Positions 7,797 to 7,828 of a DNA stretch of 7,828 nt are shown here, piece after piece. Position 1 is the first letter of the stretch, and the number at the start of each line of letters is the position of its first letter. Source of the DNA: Chlorokybus atmophyticus. Its lineage: Eukaryota; Plantae; Mesostigma and Chlorokybus algae. The position numbers and the translations under genes are program-made. A model generated the notes under the pieces. That model made no database searches, was not told the DNA's origin, and worked only from the letters and a program-made list of their open reading frames with translations. The DNA is taken from NCBI GenBank assembly GCA_009103225.1, contig RHPI01003216.1:1-7828 (forward strand). Direction: 5' to 3'.

Positions 7797-7828
<32 letters not shown>
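7655..7828 (+). repeat. Compound (AG)n/(AGAGCG)n microsatellite
   Basis: (AGAGCG)11 perfect at 7715-7780, flanked by AGAGAGCG octamers and pure (AG)n running to the window end. Confidence 0.97.

Overview
Eukaryotic, intron-rich DNA, most likely from a green alga (inferred from short GT-AG introns and close resemblance to Chlamydomonas RB60-type PDI as I recall it). The main feature is a complete 13-exon protein disulfide isomerase gene on the minus strand (CDS 6427->3109, 597 aa after manual splicing; signal peptide, two WCGHC sites, a-b-b'-a' architecture, C-terminal RDEL). Its long acidic N- and C-terminal tails share a Q-x-G-E-G-D-F-x-x-Y-G motif. Convergent with it is a plus-strand F-box locus (~1013-1971) whose F-box is split by an apparent 4-nt (AC) slippage insertion, although a spliced 198-aa ORF remains open. 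One F-box intron carries long perfectly alternating purine-pyrimidine tracts. AG-type microsatellites lie at both window ends. No RNA genes, CRISPR arrays or recognisable mobile elements were found.
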